The position numbers and the translations under genes are program-made. Shown here piece by piece: positions 62,707 to 64,000 of a stretch of 64,000 bases of DNA. Source of the stretch: Raillietiella orientalis (lineage: Eukaryota); contig JAYWIR010000002.1 in assembly GCA_036172245.1 (NCBI GenBank), positions 248,001 through 312,000 on the forward strand, in the 5' to 3' direction. The notes beneath the pieces are model-generated. The model was not told where the DNA came from, ran no database searches, and saw only the letters and a list, made by a program, of their open reading frames with translations. Numbering within the stretch: the first letter of the stretch is position 1; each line of letters begins with the position of its first letter.

Positions 62707-63405
62707 GCCCGCGTCGGAGGCCACGTGGTCACGGTATCCTCCGTGGCACCAAGCGTCGTGGGTCCGAATACTCGGAAAGAATCGATGCCGAGAGATGAAG
62801 GTGCGTCATGGGTTCCAATTCCTCCTGCAAAATGACGCTGGTGGGCCTCGCCTCAGGTGCGGCACTGGTAGCTGAAAAACCGGATCTCATTTCCTGCTGA
62901 GTAGCCAGGATTGGAAGTTGACCCTCTCGGGTCCTTCCAGGAAACAGAATCAAGGAGTTCGGTTCCCTTCAGGGGTTTCCCCTCCGGTTGTGCAAAGGAG
63001 AGAATCCTCACCCCTTCGGTGAGGACCCTCTGCCTGCACCTTGGAGCTGGTGGATTGATGCTGCGTCTCCAGTATGCAAAGAAGCGCTCTGCTCTCTTCA
63101 GGGAGCGCCCTCCAGAGAAAATTCGGAAGCGTCCCTTCGGGGTTCTCTTCAGAGGAGTAAACAACAGAGGTTTTCTTACAGATTTCCTCTGGAGAAGAAA
63201 TTCCTAATAGCGGACCCTTTTCGGGTTCCCTTTGGAGAAGAAAAAATGGAGCGAACCCCTCCGGGGTCCCTTTGGAGAGAATAAGAAAGGAGATTCCCTT
63301 CAAAGTTCCTTCCCCAGGCGTGAGGGGAACGGACTCCCTTATCCGGAGCCCTTCCTGGATTCATAAGGAGGTCTTCCCTTGGGTACCCCCCATCTTGAAG
63401 AACCC
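62707..63405 (+). mobile_element. tRNA-derived SINE-like element, copy D
   Basis: Head gcccgcgtcggaggccacgtggtcacggtatcctccgtggcaccaagcgtcgtgggtccgaatac and a body collinear with copy A (ggaagcgtcccttcggggttctc...ggagcccttcctggattca). Confidence 0.75.
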
Positions 63406-63501
63406 TTCTTCGCCGTCACTTAAGCAAGAGTCGCAAGCCTTCTTCCAGGGTTTTGCTCTGCAAATGGGCGAAGGCAAGAGCGGAACGCCGCCAGAGGCGC
63501 C

Positions 63502-63678
63502 CTACGCGGGAGCCATGCATGAGCTCGTGTCTCCGGATGGACTGCTGCGGCTTGCGCACGATACGGAACTGGCGACCGTCGGTTCGCGCCTAACCGACGC
63601 AGCAGCTCTCTTGTCGTTGGTTGCCAGGTATGACGTAGACATTTTCCTCGAACAGCATCTCCTTTTCCACAGCCATTC
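63502..63678 (-). CDS. Possible terminal exon of a minus-strand gene continuing beyond the window (EWLWKRRCCSRKMSTSYLATNDK...MAPA*)
   Basis: ctgtactttag acceptor and an open, Ser-rich, cytoplasmic-tail-like frame; no homology recognised. Confidence 0.25.
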   Translation of the reverse strand, partial: EWLWKRRCCSRKMSTSYLATNDKRAAASVRREPTVASSVSCASRSSPSGDTSSCMAPA

Positions 63679-64000
63679 CTAAAGTACAGTGAATTGGCTC
63701 TTTGGCATCGCCTCAAGGCAAATCCCTGGACAATTCGCCCACGGTCCACCGATGGTTCGTCGACCTATTTCCGATTTCGAGAGAAAGATGTGAGAAAGAT
63801 GTTATTTCGAATGTGTAGCAACTCTCCTGACTCTGTTCTTCTTTCTTCCCTTCGCTGCCAACTGTGTGGCCAATTCAGCTTCCAGAGTGGCTCGTGGGTC
63901 AATTCTCATGGACTTCCTCCGTTCGGATGCTGTGCCTGAGTGTCGCTCGCAGTCGCGCGCATCCAAAGAAACTCCGAAAAGATGCAAAAATCTTCTTGAA

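Overview
Eukaryotic (invertebrate, probably arthropod; taxon not determinable from sequence) genomic DNA with very short GT-AG introns and strong compositional mosaicism. Three genes are well supported. (1) MRPS22 has 7 coding exons at 5995-7359 (+) in an AT-rich block. (2) A HES/Hairy-E(spl)-family bHLH-Orange-WRPW gene has 3 exons at 13768-14509 (+); an unrecognised 129-aa two-TM ORF (12597-12986, -) lies head-to-head with it. (3) An 18-kb gene at 39478-57653 (+) encodes a ~555-aa type I membrane receptor: signal peptide, CCP/sushi, F-type-lectin-like (FTP) domain, 3 CCP, TM, and a tail with ITSM-like, EPIYA-like and PDZ-type motifs. Intergenic and intronic DNA carries four copies of a ~700-bp tRNA-headed SINE-like element rich in sense-strand C(UUCG)G hairpins, a ~930-bp near-identical duplication, a relic RLE-type (R2/R4/NeSL-like) retrotransposon next to an AT-rich tract, an isolated TRIP12 fragment, and several weaker TE or pseudogene relics. 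Most ORFs in the supplied track are spurious products of GC-rich DNA. All homology calls are from recalled motifs; no database search was run.
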